The translations under genes were made by a program, and so were the position numbers. Below the pieces are notes generated by a model. The model saw nothing but the letters and a program-made list of their open reading frames with translations. It had not been told where the DNA came from and searched no databases. A DNA stretch of 59,965 nucleotides, the filler included, from Asterionella formosa (taxonomy: Eukaryota): the NCBI GenBank assembly GCA_002256025.1. It is 11 parts of 11 records of this genome, joined end to end, with 100 filler letters (N's around TTAATTAATTAA, not from the genome) between each part and the next. Parts side by side here need not be neighbours in the genome. Positions count along the whole stretch, not along the records: positions 1 to 5,373 come from NKIB01013098.1; positions 5,474 to 10,845 come from NKIB01013099.1; positions 10,946 to 16,316 come from NKIB01013100.1; 8 more parts are not named here. One strand, 5' to 3'. Positions 1 through 11,905 of the stretch are shown here, one piece after another. Positions within the stretch are counted from its first letter, which is position 1. Each line of letters opens with the position of its first letter.

Positions 1-1029
1 ATTGCTATTCCTACATCATTATTGGATCCTATTATTAATTGGTATCATCAGATCTTAGCTCATGTGGGTATGACAAGATTAAATGCTACAATTGCTACAC
101 ATTTTTATCACCCTACATTAAAAGCAAGAGTGGAACATATTGTAAGAGTATGTGAAGCATGTCAATGTACAAAATTACCTGGTACTGGTTTTGGTGAACT
201 TCCACCCAGGAATGCATTATAATTACCATGGTCAGAAGTTGCAGTAGATCTAATTGGTCCATGGAAGATAACAGTGGCTGCTCAAACGATTGAGTTTCGT
301 ACTCTAACTTGTATTGACACAGTCACCAATTTAGCAGAAATTTCACGCATCACCAATAAAACATCAGAATATATTGCAATGAAATTTGAAAATGACTGGT
401 TAACCAGATATCCCCGTCCAGAACGCTGTATACATGACAATGGAGGTGAATTTACTGGTGCTCCTTTCTTACACATGTTAGTATTGAATGGAATCAAAGA
501 TGTGACTACTACAGTAAAGAATCCGCAAGCAAATGCTATCTGTGAACGCTTACATCAATCTATCAGCAAAAGTCTACGAGTTATGTTAAAGGCTCATCCT
601 CCAATCAACGAATTTCAAGCCCAAAATATTGTGGATACATGTTTTGCAGCTGCGTCATATGCAGCTCGGTCATATGCAGCTCGAGCTACTATTCATAGTA
701 TATTACGTATTTCAGCAGGAGCATGGGTTTTTCAACGTGATATGATATTAAATATTCCTTTGATTACAGATTTACAATTAATACACCAACGTCGAAAAGT
801 GATAATTGACGAACGTTAACGTCGTGCTAATTTCCGTCGTCGATCTTATGATTACAAAGTGGGTGACGAGATTTTAATATTATTGGATAATCCTACTACT
901 TTGGATGATCGTGGACGAGGTCCTTATACTATTATTCAAATACATGCCAATGGGACAGTTACTTTCCAACGCACTATGCACATTACCGAACGAATTAATA
1001 TTCGTCGTATCAAACCTTTTCATAGGTAA
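1..1029 (+). pseudogene. Ty3/gypsy integrase, 3' part of pol, with two premature stops
   Basis: Single frame 1-1029. It contains the H2C2 zinc motif (HQILAHVG...CEACQ), core motifs (VAVDLIGP, IHDNGGEF, NPQANAICER) and a C-terminal GPY module (GPYTIIQIHANGTV...NIRRIKPF). In-frame TAA at 220-222 and 817-819, plus a 15-bp tandem duplication (SYAAR SYAAR). Confidence 0.93.
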
Positions 1030-1055
1030 AAGGTTTTCCCTCAAGTGTGGGAGAG

Positions 1056-1253
1056 TGAGCAATCCTGCACATCGATACAGATATATATAGAGTTAGGGTT
1101 ATATCAAATACATCGGAATTCAATAATGAGAGAACCCGACTAACATCCATTCTATACTTTGATGACAGTTCAGGAAATGAGTTGTACATAAGGATTAATT
1201 TATAAGCTCATTTATTCAATAAATACTACTACTTCTAGTAGTTAGATACTTCA
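1056..1253 (+). mobile_element. Gypsy 3' LTR (~198 bp)
   Basis: Starts TGA right after the purine tract GGGAGAG (1049-1055) and ends TCA. Homologous over its length to 59210-59406 on the minus strand. Confidence 0.85.
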
Positions 1254-1255
1254 CC

Positions 1256-1272
1256 TGGTAGCAGGGTATGGT
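1256..1272 (+). promoter_or_regulatory. Primer-binding-site-like sequence (tRNA-iMet type)
   Basis: TGGTAGCAGGGTATGGT lies 2 nt after the LTR end. It resembles the complement of the eukaryotic initiator tRNA 3' end (TGGTAGCAGAGGATGGT). Confidence 0.6.
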
Positions 1273-1562
1273 ACCAGCGAAGTAACTTCGACACAATTAC
1301 CGTCTTGAAAATTTCGTCTTTCTCCATATTTAGTCTGTGTTGTAGCTTCGTAGATACATCGCTGGAATATATGAAAGTGATCCATAGAATAATAGAATAA
1401 CGAGCCAGGAATACTAAGTAGAAGTAGCATAAATAGTTTTTTGAGTTCGGTGCTAAGTAAACGTGTCCCATTCCCGAATCCGGGTTTGAGGTCTGGATCC
1501 AATCTCCGGGTTCTGCGGCAGTCGAGTTGCGCTTTGCCGAGCCACTTTCGAGTCACAACAAA

Positions 1563-2742
1563 TTATGTGAGATGAGCAGTGGCATGCGCGTCTCGCCCTG
1601 CCATTGTCGACCGAGATGTAAATGCCGGTGTGTTGTCTCGGGGGTGAAAGAAGGTGGTAGTTGTGATCATCTTTTGGCTGACAGTCTTTGTGAATTCCGC
1701 CACTTGCTTGCGAATGTAAATTAGAAATGCGTCGGATTTCCATCTTCCTATGAGCATCACCATGTAGTTTGGTACCCCAGAAAGTATCATCGCCATGGCC
1801 GCCGCACTGCAAATCGAATGTAGTCCAATGTCCAGTGGGTCATAACCAAGGTGGCTGGTCCCATCCAAGCGTTGTAGCCAGTGTGCGAACTCTTTTTATT
1901 GAGGTCTCGGCTTTGAGTGTGTAAGTTTGTGTCCCTGACATGTAGGTGTTAATCGCCGAGGAGGTGTTGGTGCCTGGAATGTTCAGTATTTTGTTGACAA
2001 TACAAGCCCCTTGGCGTACCAGGCACATGATGGGGTCCGAAGTGCGGCGACTTAGGGTGATGGCTTCATCCTTTTCCCCATTCTTCTGATCGCGAAATGT
2101 GATGCAGATGATGTTGGCGAGATGATTGGTTGTGTGGTCATGGGTGATGTCAGTGCGATCCTGAAAGAAGCGTAGATCCTGGACTTGGAGTAATTTGGTG
2201 CGGCGTTCTCCAGTGATCGTCAGGTATTCGCATGAGCGCATTGCGAAGAAAAAGGCTAGGATGGCTAGAGGACCCAGGCAAACATCAACCGGTGTAGCTT
2301 GGCGAAAATAAAATTTTAAAATAAAGTCAATTGTTAACGCCCGCTGGTGTTTGACGGCTGGATCGGTATGTCTGTAGGCCGACAGCTGGAGGCGCAAAAT
2401 TCGGTGAGTTTTGCGGTGTATGTTGATAGTGGGGTCGGGTTGGGTCGGGTCGGTCATGCTCCACAAAGGTTGCCGAAAGAGATGCGATGGTATCGCGGAC
2501 TGTTGCCGATGCCAGAGGAGTGTCTCGATGTGCGCTGAACTCGGCTTGCCGGATGGCGTGCGCGAAGGCTCCGATGAGTCGGGTGCGGTGGTCTGTTCCG
2601 GGGAGAGGTGGACAAGGAAAGGGTCAGTGGCAGCGCAGAATCCGATGGAGCCCAGGAATTCTTTCCAAATGCGGAAGACGCAAGTGTACTTTGCTTTGGT
2701 ATTAGTTTGAAGCCCTTGGGAGCGCGCTCTCTCTGCGTCCAT
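1563..2742 (-). pseudogene. Tyrosine recombinase of the YR retrotransposon, frameshifted
   Basis: FFFAMRSCEY (catalytic R), LHSIC (HxxR box with R replaced by C) and GRWKSDAFLIY (W and catalytic Y), spread over ORFs 2742-1840 and 1868-1563. Confidence 0.9.
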
Positions 2743-2753
2743 AAGGTAGGTCT

Positions 2754-3513
2754 GGAGGCGATTTCGGTGGGAATCGGCGAGATGTCGAAATTCGGGGGAA
2801 TCTGATGGGCAGCAGAGGATTGGAGGAGGTTTGTTAGTTGAAGCGGCGAAAGGTGGTGGTCGCGTGAAAGGGAGTCGGCGATGATGTGGTCTTCTCCCGG
2901 GATCCAGTGACTGAAGCTACAGGCTTGTGTTGTGTCCAGTATATCGGCGAGCCATCGTGAGATGGCAAGGTGGGTCGATTTTTCGTGTCCCTGGAACCTG
3001 GCTCCGCCGCGATGGAGCCAAAAATCTGCCGTGGAGCTGTCGAGTTGAGAGAGAATACAAGCATCGGGTTGAATGTTCCCTGCCGCAGCCTCCATCGCGA
3101 TGGTAGTGATTGATGCGGTTCAGGGAAAATTTTCCGCAGTCAGCCATCGGAATTTCCCACCTCCAGGCTCAGCCGGTCGTCAGGGAGAAACCGCCTATGC
3201 CGTGTTGGCATGCGTCGGCTCGGAGGAGAATTGTGGGGACGCGAAGAGTCAGCCTGTTGAGGCTAATGCCTCGTCGGGCGCTGCGGAAGAAACCAATCCA
3301 TTGCCGCAGTTCATCCGTTTGTAACTCGTTTAAAATCACACTCTTGCCGCTGGCCTGTGCTCGATGTTCCGCTCGTCGAAGGTGACACAAAAAGGCTTGG
3401 GCTGTTGGAATGACATAGGAGGCGTGATTCAGTCTGCCAATTGTTGTGGCTAAAATTTCACAATCAACTGAGTGTAGCTGCAGGATTCGATCTATTTCTG
3501 CATTCCAGGATTT
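2754..3513 (-). pseudogene. RT thumb/connection and RNase H remnant of the YR retrotransposon
   Basis: Motifs IGRLNHASYVIP, ADACQHGIGG, LDSSTADFWL and WIPGEDHIIADSLSR, broken by a stop and a frameshift. Confidence 0.85.
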
Positions 3514-4186
3514 GAGAGGTCAAATTGTGCTAGGATTTCCCAGTTGTGAACGGCTGCCTCATGACTCCATCATGCAAAACGGAAAGCCGGTGCATGCATG
3601 GTAGGTGAGCGTGTTTCCATGATGCGCTGAATGCATAGTATGCGTGTGATGTCTGTATGTGTTTCCCCATGACTGGCCTGGTCTGCTGGATTTGATGCAG
3701 GTAGTGGTTCTAGGAGTTCCTCATACCGAGGGGTGTCACCGGCTAAGTTCTCTGTCGGAGCAATAAAGATGTCCGTGCTAATATTTTCGACGTCTCGATG
3801 TCTGTGGATGCAATAGTGTGTGTCGATGTACGATGGTGACTTACCCATTAAATGTTGAATTTGTTCGTGCTGTGGGATTGGGTTATGTAGTGGTGGTGGA
3901 TATGGCGGGGTTTTCTGAAGGTTGATGATCGTAAGGGCGGTAGATTTGGTTGCGTGATGCGAGGCGTGGAAGCAATTTGGTTTTCTATCCGCGCAAAACA
4001 ATTTGAGCTTGATGTGGGAAGTAATGATTGAGACATATTGGCAACAATACGAATATTTGTTGCATCGACAATGGTTAGTGCTGGAATGGAGAATGCTGTG
4101 CGAGCTACAAGTGATGACAAGGAACCGCCGTAGGCTGTTATTTGCTTCGAAATGGAATCATTTACAGTTACTCGGGCCTACCCTAG

Positions 4187-5311
4187 TCAGTGTTGCGGAT
4201 TCGAGTTGCGGATTTCCGGGGATAAGTTGCGAATTGCCTCGTTGAAAAATTTCGCAAAGGCTTTCTTGTTTTCCCCTGTTAACTGAACGTGTGCATCTTT
4301 CCGTTCGCAGTTGTCAATGCAGATCCCCGAAATCTTCCAGCGACAGCAGTTGGTGGTGCCGTTGACCTTTGGTGCTTGACGGAGGACCGAAGCTGGGAAT
4401 GCGTCCCTGTATAATACCCCTAGTGGTAGACGGAAAAGGATGTCTGCTTGAGAGTTTGTCACAGCCCGTCCGCAGGTGAAAGTATTGCTAGAGTTGAGTT
4501 GGTCCTGCTGGTATCCTTGCCTCGTGTTGTTGTTGTGAGTGTATCTGTGCGTGTGGTCCTCAAAGCGGTCGTCTCTGGATCGTTTCTGCTGGAGAAAGAG
4601 TGCAGAAACCCAAGGTTGTAGTGGGGCAATCATCGGGTTTCCCACCGCATTCTGTCGGTGTTGCTGTGCGAAGTCAAGTAGTTGAAAGTCCATGTCGTTT
4701 ACCGTTTTTGTGTAGCGTGAGTTTCGCCAAAAGGCTTGGATCATGTTGTCCATAATGGTGAGTTGGTGAGCAAAAAATCGGATGTCGAGGTCGGAGCAGT
4801 GTCTGTAGGTTGCCCGTTTGGCTTCGATATGGGTTAGCCAGGTGCACAAGCGATCTGCCGTGAAACAGTTTCCGAGCACAAAAAGCACAATGGCGATCAT
4901 ATTTTTGATGGTGGTTTCAAAGTCCATTACGGTTTTGGCAACAATCAACAGTTTCTTGTCCCCCAGGCGTTTCATAATTTGACTGTAGCGGTCGCCATCA
5001 CCGGCGGCATCGATCGTTGCATTGGAAATAATTTCGATATCGGACGATGAGACCATGCTGTTTGATTCCGCAAGTAGTTTGAATAGGCTGATGCGTGAGT
5101 GACCTTCAGTGGGGTTATAATTGAATTGTAACTGACTAATGCAAAGGGTTGTGAATGGGTCCAGATGTAGATCTTGACAGGAGTTCAGAGTAGACTGAAG
5201 GTATTCGGCCATGAATTGTTGGGCTGCAGAGGTGTTCGAACTAAGTGATAGAAATGTGGCTAGGGATTGGATAGGCTCCGTGATGATGTCGTCGTCGTGT
5301 GCTGCCATCAA
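4187..5311 (-). CDS. Gag-like ORF1 of the YR retrotransposon (probably 5'-truncated)
   Basis: 374-aa ORF with a C-terminal Cys/His finger (CCRWKISGICIDNCERKDAH), upstream of the pol remnants. Confidence 0.7.
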   Translation of the reverse strand: MMAAHDDDIITEPIQSLATFLSLSSNTSAAQQFMAEYLQSTLNSCQDLHLDPFTTLCISQLQFNYNPTEGHSRISLFKLLAESNSMVSSSDIEIISNATIDAAGDGDRYSQIMKRLGDKKLLIVAKTVMDFETTIKNMIAIVLFVLGNCFTADRLCTWLTHIEAKRATYRHCSDLDIRFFAHQLTIMDNMIQAFWRNSRYTKTVNDMDFQLLDFAQQHRQNAVGNPMIAPLQPWVSALFLQQKRSRDDRFEDHTHRYTHNNNTRQGYQQDQLNSSNTFTCGRAVTNSQADILFRLPLGVLYRDAFPASVLRQAPKVNGTTNCCRWKISGICIDNCERKDAHVQLTGENKKAFAKFFNEAIRNLSPEIRNSNPQH

Positions 5312-5373
5312 GCGTAGGATCTGGTCTTGGAGGAACTTAGGTTGTTTTTCCCAGGACCTAGAGGAGGCCGAGT

Positions 5374-5473
5374 NNNNNNNNNNNNNNNNNNNNNNNNNNN
5401 NNNNNNNNNNNNNNNNNTTAATTAATTAANNNNNNNNNNNNNNNNNNNNNNNNNNNNNNNNNNNNNNNNNNNN
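5374..5473. other. Artificial contig linker N44-TTAATTAATTAA-N44. The same linker recurs at 10846-10945, 16317-16416, 21785-21884, 27248-27347, 32709-32808, 38169-38268, 43627-43726, 49080-49179 and 54524-54623.
   Basis: Ten identical 100-bp spacers with stops in all six frames. Contig lengths fall monotonically: 5373, 5372, 5371, 5368, 5363, 5361, 5360, 5358, 5353, 5344, 5342. Confidence 0.98.
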
Positions 5474-8400
5474 CTTCTGCAACAACAAGGAGGATCTATG
5501 TCTATGGGAAACAATCAGCATCAGATGCTAGGCATGGGACAAGGGCAACTAAACGGCAAGGACCTGTCAGGTATGGGTAACATGAACAGTGGAACAATGA
5601 TGGTTGGACAATCGGCGCAGCAGTTGCAAATGCTTCAAAAGATGGGGGGATCTTCCTCCTCACATCTTGGAGGGAACTCTGGCAGGAGTGATGGTGTCAA
5701 TCAAGGACAACTTCAGACATCGTCTGCAGGAAATACAAATGCTCAGCTCCTCCTTCAGCAGCAATCCATGATTGCTGACTTGAAGCGTCAGCTCCAGGCT
5801 CAGCAAGGCGGTGGGGCTGATCGTCGAACCTCAGCTATGATGTCTACACAGCAACAGCTTTTACAGCAGATACAGCAACGTAGCAGTGTGAACCCAGCTA
5901 TGTTGCAGCAAATTACACCAGGAATGATGAATGATTCATCATCTCGGAGTCACCTTCATCAACGTCAATCTAGCAACTCCAGCTTGGGAGGGGGCGCGAC
6001 AGCCAGACAAGGGTCATTGGGGCATAGTGAGCCGATTTCCATTGCGCAGTTGATGGGTCATCAAAGTAGCCAACAGGGCTCGTTGAATACCATTACTCAA
6101 CTGGGCGGACAACCAGGTATCAGTATCACTGGCAGCGGTGGTAGTAATCAGCGGAATAACGCGCAGCTCCAGACTAACTCCAATTCCCTTCTTGGCGGTG
6201 GCATGTTTGATGGGAATAGTGGTCCCTCAAGCCAACAAAATATGCTGATGCAGCAGCAGCTCCAGCAAATGGCAAAGAGTAACATGGATGCTTTTCCCGC
6301 AATGGGTTCGAACAGCCGTTCTGGATCTATCAACGATCATTTCCTTGCTCAGCAACAGCAAATTTTGAATGCGTCGGGAATGAGTCAAGCTGATATACAA
6401 AAGGCCCAACATCTTTTGATGAACCAATCAATGGCGATGGGCCAGCCAATTCAATCATTGAATCAATCAATGGGTCAGTCGGTGTCTCGGCCGAATAGTA
6501 GTTTGAACCCATTGGGAATGTCTCAGCCCCTCACTAATGCCGCAGATCCGTTGATGGACGGCTTGAAGGGAGCTCCAGATGTTAATACTGGGCCAGGCCA
6601 TGGAATTGATAATGGAGACAAGTCTTCGGCTTGTCTGGATGATCTCGACTCGTCGGGAAGAGTCACAAGTAACAGCAAGGTGCAAATGGGGAATCAGCTC
6701 ATTCGTAATATTGGGAACAAGAAGAAGGATGATGCAGGTCCGAATTCTCAGTCGTTCCTGGATGGTACTTTTGCAGGAGGATGGCAATCGAATGCCGACC
6801 TCCCAGATCGACGTGACATAATTCTCAGTATTTGCAAAGTTATTGAACAGATGCGACCGGATGCAAACAGGATGTCTCAAAAGTAAGTGCAGACTGCATG
6901 AAGGAGCTGAATTTGTAACACATTTTTCTCACTCGTTCCTAGGCTACCGTTCATGGCGAAACGTCTTGAAGAGCATCTGTATCGATCTGCACAAACAAAA
7001 GAAGAATATCTGGATCTGTCAACTTTGAAGAAAAGGCTTCAGCTAATTGCACATGGCCTTGAATCTCATCGCTCGGCGTCCGGAGGGTCCACAGAAGACG
7101 GGACGAGCAATTCTCCTGTACCGTCTCAAGGTTCGGGATTTACCTCTTCTACCGGGGGAGGAACTTCCGAAGCCAGCAACCTTCAGCAACAGATGCAGCA
7201 GCTACAACAACTTCAGCACTTTCAACAGAATTACGAAGGAAGTAACAAGAATTTGATGGACAACTTGAATCCCATGATGCTGAAGCCGTCAGGTCTTACA
7301 CACGATGATTTGTATCGAGAGCAAGCTAAGCAGCTGTCGATACAACAAGCAAATCTACATGGTCCCCCAGTGTACCAGTCAGGTTTTGGTCAAGTGGGCT
7401 CCCAAACGTCAGCTGCCCAGATACATGATAGCTTGAGCGCTCAGCAATCTCAGTTTAGTGCCCGACAGCCGATCATTTCTTCACTACTTTCAGGTGAAAG
7501 TACTGGAATTCTCAAGAATGTATCAAAATATCAAGATCCTCAAAAAACGAGGGTAATTAAGCAGCAACAGCAAAGACTTTTATTACTTCGCCATGCCAGC
7601 AAGTGCGAAGATGGTGCTGACTGCAAGGTTAAGTTTTGCAGCCAGATGGTCGAATTATGGGAGCACATGAAGAAATGCAGGGATAAGAATTGTAAGACTG
7701 CTCACTGTTTGAGTAGTCGATGTGTTTTGAATCATTACCGAATCTGTAAGAGTGAGAACAAGACATCATCTTGTGAGGTATGCGGTCCAGTTAAGAGACA
7801 AATAAAGCAGCAAAGTTCGGAAAGGAACGATGACTTGGAACCATTGCAAACTTCCAAAGATGATGGGTCTTTGTCAACTGACTCCATACCTCCAGACACC
7901 GGTTCCATGTTTGTGAATGCTCCTACTACTTCGATGCAGGAAAGTCCATTATCAGGTCAGCTTCAAAACGCTGATGAAGCTATCATAGCACAGAAGCGCC
8001 AGCAAGTGGAACTTCAGGCAGCTCAGCAAAAGCTTCAACAACAGCACATGCTTCTTAAGCAATTGCAACAGCAACAAGCCGAATTATTGGAGCAACAGCA
8101 GCGGCTTCAACAGCAACAGCAGCATGTTTTACCTCAAACTCACCAAGGGCAGCAATTGCAGCAGCAGCAAGGCCTTTTGCAACAGCTCCAGCAACAATTT
8201 CAGCAGCAGCAACTCTTGTTACAACAGGAGCTACTTCGTCAGTCACAGGCACTACAAAGTGGACAGGCTGCGGCCGCTCAATTCGCTCATGTACCCGAAA
8301 CAGATCCATTGTCACAACTTCTCAAAGCCGACGGGCTGGAAACTACTGGAGATGGCAAACAAAAAAAACGAGGAATCCCTGTCCCTAGGAGGGCAAGCAA

Positions 8401-10845
8401 AAAGTTGCTTGAACGCCAACTGAGCGGCTTGAGCAAACAAGGAAAACATGTCCGTGGCCGTGGGTACGGGAGCGGAAAAGGAAAGCGTTTAAGCGATGTA
8501 GATAGTCGAATTGGAGATGACAACAATTCCGTTCATTCCTCGGATTGTCTGCCTTCTGCTAGCAAGCAACGTGCAGAAGAATTGTCTCGCTCTGTGGGCG
8601 CCACTGAAAGACTCGATATGCCTCTAGCAAAGGAAATCAAGCTTGAGGGAGAAATGGAACCACCTCATCAAGTCCTATCAAATCCTTCAACGATCCCTGA
8701 AAAGAGAGTGCTCGAGCAAGGGGACGCAGATCATACAACATCACTTGTTCCCTCAATGCCACAAGAAGCTATTGAACGCCATCTGGCATCGCTCCAAAGT
8801 GGTTCCCACATGACACCAAGGGCCATATCGGCGAAATGTTTGCCGGTGCTTAGACGAATGCTCGATGATCAACGGAGTTGGGTATTCCGCGACCCTGTTG
8901 ACCCTGTTGTACTCGGACTTCCAGACTACTTCGAAGTTGTCAAAAACCCAATGCATCTTTCACTAATCGAGCAAAACCTAGAAAATGGTATATACAAAGA
9001 TATGGCTACATTCGAGAGAGACACAAAGTTAGTTTTCGAGAACGCAATTTTCTACAATGGGGAAGAAAGTGTCGTTGGTGAAATGGCGAATGCAATNNNN
9101 NNNNNNNNNNNNNNNNNNNNNNNNNNNNNNNNNNNNNNNNNNNNNNNNNNNNNNNNNNNNNNNNNNNNNNNNNNNNNNNNNNNNNNNNNNNNNNNNNNNN
9201 NNNNNNNNNNNNNNNNNNNNNNNNNNNNNNNNNNNNNNNNNNNNNNNNNNNNNNNNNNNNNNNNNNNNNNNNNNNNNNNNNNNNNNNNNNNNNNNNNNNN
9301 NNNNNNNNNNNNNNNNNNNNNNNNNNNNNNNNNNNNNNNNNNNNNNNNNNNNNNNNNNNNNNNNNNNNNNNNNNNNNNNNNNNNNNNNNNNNNNNNNNNN
9401 NNNNNNNNNNNNNNNNNNNNNNNNNNNNNNNNNNNNNNNNNNNNNNNNNNNNNNNNNNNNNNNNNNNNNNNNNNNNNNNNNNNNNNNNNNNNNNNNNNNN
9501 NNNNNNNNNNNNNNNNNNNNNNNNNNNNNNNNNNNNNNNNNNCCAGCCAATTATTCTCGACGACGGCAGTGAGATAAAGAAATGTGACCTCCAAAAGTTG
9601 AAAAATGACGCCACACCTGAGGAGGCCTGGGTCCAGTGTGATAAATGCGACTCGTGGGTTCATCAAATTTGCGCACTTTTCAATGGACGGAAGAATAAGA
9701 GTAAAGCGTCTTATTTATGTCCCACTTGTCACCTCGAAAAGGTCGTCAAGGGTGAGGTGAAGAAGCCGGATGAACCGATGAAGGCCGCCCAGGACCTTCC
9801 CCATTCAAAGATGAGCAAGGCGATTGAGAATGGGTTGCATGTGGCACTCCAGCAGGCATATGCTCAAGTGGCCATTGCAAGCGGAATTCCAATCGACCAA
9901 GTGAAGAAGGCTGAGGGACTCTCTGTGAGAGTTATCTCAAACATTGACAAGAAACACGTTGTTCGCGAAGAGGTAAGAATAGTTGTGTCTTCGTTGTATA
10001 ATTTATGTTTAATTCTTTTTCTGACATTGTTTCTTATTCGCCAAGATGTTCGAGCGATACGCAAAGAACGGATGCCCAACTGAGTTTCCAGTTCGATCGA
10101 AATGTATTGCATTATTTCAAACCATCCATGGTGTGGATGTCATCTTGTTCGGCATGTATGTGTTCGAGTACAACCAGGATTGTCCTGCTCCAAACAGAAG
10201 ACGTGTTTATATTTCATACTTGGACTCTGTGAACTACTTCGAGCCAAAGGAGTATCGAACGCTTTCTTACCATACTATCATTATCGAATACCTTCGATAT
10301 GTGAAAGAGCGCGGCTTCCACACTGCTCATATTTGGAGTTGCCCTCCTTCACCGGGCGACGAGTATATCTTTCATTGCCATCCTGCTAAACAGGCAATAC
10401 CTCGGGATGATAGATTGCGCAATTGGTACTCTGAAATGCTTGAGAAAGCTAAGGCCATGGGTATTGTCTTGAACATTCGAACTCTATACGATGAGTATTT
10501 CAAGAACGGCGGACTGGATGCCACTGGCAAACCAGCCAGTGATCCTACATGTCTGCCTTATTTCGAAGGTGATTATATCCCTGGCGAAATTGAAAATATC
10601 ATCAAGGAGGTGAAATCCGACGAGGAAGTTAAGCGCAAGGGACGTGACGATCTTCCAACGGCGACAGTTAACGCAAATGACGTTGTTGGAAACAGGCGAG
10701 GAACTCGTTCGAATCCTGGAAATATGGTACCTTTGGGTCAAGACAAAGTTATGTTGAGACTTGGTTTGGCCATCGGCAACATGAAGCAGAACTTCCTCAT
10801 TGCCGAGCTACGAAGTAGAGATTTCGCCTCTGCAGTCGAAGCAGG
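5474..10845 (+). CDS. CBP/p300-type (KAT11 family) histone acetyltransferase, partial at both ends; introns 6883-6942 and 9973-10045; sequence gap 9097-9542
   Basis: Domains in order: Q-rich N-terminus, KIX-like segment (WQSNADLPDRR...KLPFMAKRLEEHLYRSA after splicing), TAZ finger (QQRLLLLRHASKC...CEVC), bromodomain (VFRDPVDPVVLGLPDYFEVVKNPM), PHD (WVQCDKCDSWVHQIC), HAT core (RRVYISYLDSV, AHIWSCPP). Both GT-AG introns restore the frame. Confidence 0.93.
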
Positions 10846-11616
10846 NNNNNNNNNNNNNNNNNNNNNNNNNNNNNNNNNNNNNNNNNNNNTTAATTAATTA
10901 ANNNNNNNNNNNNNNNNNNNNNNNNNNNNNNNNNNNNNNNNNNNNGTGCAATATAAATTCTGTGGAGCTCATGTTCGCATCGATGATACAGTGCGTTTTA
11001 AGCTGACAATGGTGGAGATTAGAGAAGGAAAGAACGAGCTGCAGGTGACGATGAAGTCTGGTGTGGTTGTCCAAGATGGAACAGAGCTGTGTAAAGTTGC
11101 GTTTTGGGCAAGAACATTGCTGGTGCTTTGGAGAAAACAAGATATTGATATCAGGACAAGTTTTCTCAAATCATTGAGCTGTACGATGAAAATGACAATC
11201 GAACAAAGAGGGCTATGAGCAACCACAACCTTGGAGTAGCTTCATTCGACTTTTTGATGACATCCAAATTTAAGAGTAATTGGATTCTAAAGGGTTGTTT
11301 CTTTGAATAAGGTTCAACAATCTTGATAGAACAAGGATAGAGATTTAAAACATACTCAAACCATCAAACGTAGACCACAACCAATCATGGTCCTCATTTT
11401 GCTTCGAAAATGCTCCTGCCAAAATCCTTTTATTTAGCCTGATGAGGCTGATGAATTTTTCGTCATGATGCACAAATATATGACATGAGGTGGTTGGCTT
11501 GCGGAAATTTTACCAAGACAAAACTTGCTTTGCTGTAGAACCTACACAAGATAACAATATAAGTGTAGCAAAAAAAATTAATATGTAACTTGTGCTAATT
11601 TTCTGGTGCACAAGCA

Positions 11617-11905
11617 GGGGGAATGGCTCACTTCTTGGTTGGGCACGTTGCCTTTGATTTTATGTTGTCTGGTTCAATTCCCGCAATTTTTTTTGAGAAG
11701 CAATTGTTGGGTTCGACTCCCACACTCCTCACCATCCTGTGCGGTCTTGCCTGGTGCGCAGTGTGCCGCCGTCCTAGATGGTCGGAGTTTCCCCTAATGC
11801 TGCGGTTAAGTCAATCACCTTTCGCGAAAGATGGTTGGGGACTCACCAACAATAACAAAACTGGCTAGGGAAGCGCACAGACTAGTTGGCAGGACGTGCT
11901 ATAAA
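11617..11905 (+). mobile_element. SINE-like element, family 2, copy A (may extend to an AAT tail at ~12078)
   Basis: tRNA-like head GGGGAATGGCTCA...GGTTCAATTCCC and a second B box GGTTCGACTCCC. The body aligns by eye with 30123-30487 (minus) and 36881-37030. Confidence 0.65.

Larger units (their letters stand above)
1563..5373 (-). mobile_element. DIRS-order (tyrosine recombinase) retrotransposon, degenerate and internally deleted
   Basis: Minus-strand order is gag-like ORF, pol remnants with DIRS-type RNase H, then overlapping tyrosine recombinase. Cut off by the contig end at 5373; termini not resolved. Confidence 0.88.

Noticed and set aside
1563..2742. Phage integrase or bacterial contamination
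   Set aside because: The recombinase overlaps a DIRS-type RNase H and follows a gag-like ORF, which is the layout of YR retrotransposons.
5418..5429. Regularly spaced TTAATTAATTAA palindrome every ~5.46 kb as a biological repeat
   Set aside because: It is always embedded in 44+44 N and is a six-frame-stop linker added during assembly.
9006..9666. Several 170-200 aa ORFs in multiple frames
   Set aside because: They are open only because they cross the N gap at 9097-9542.
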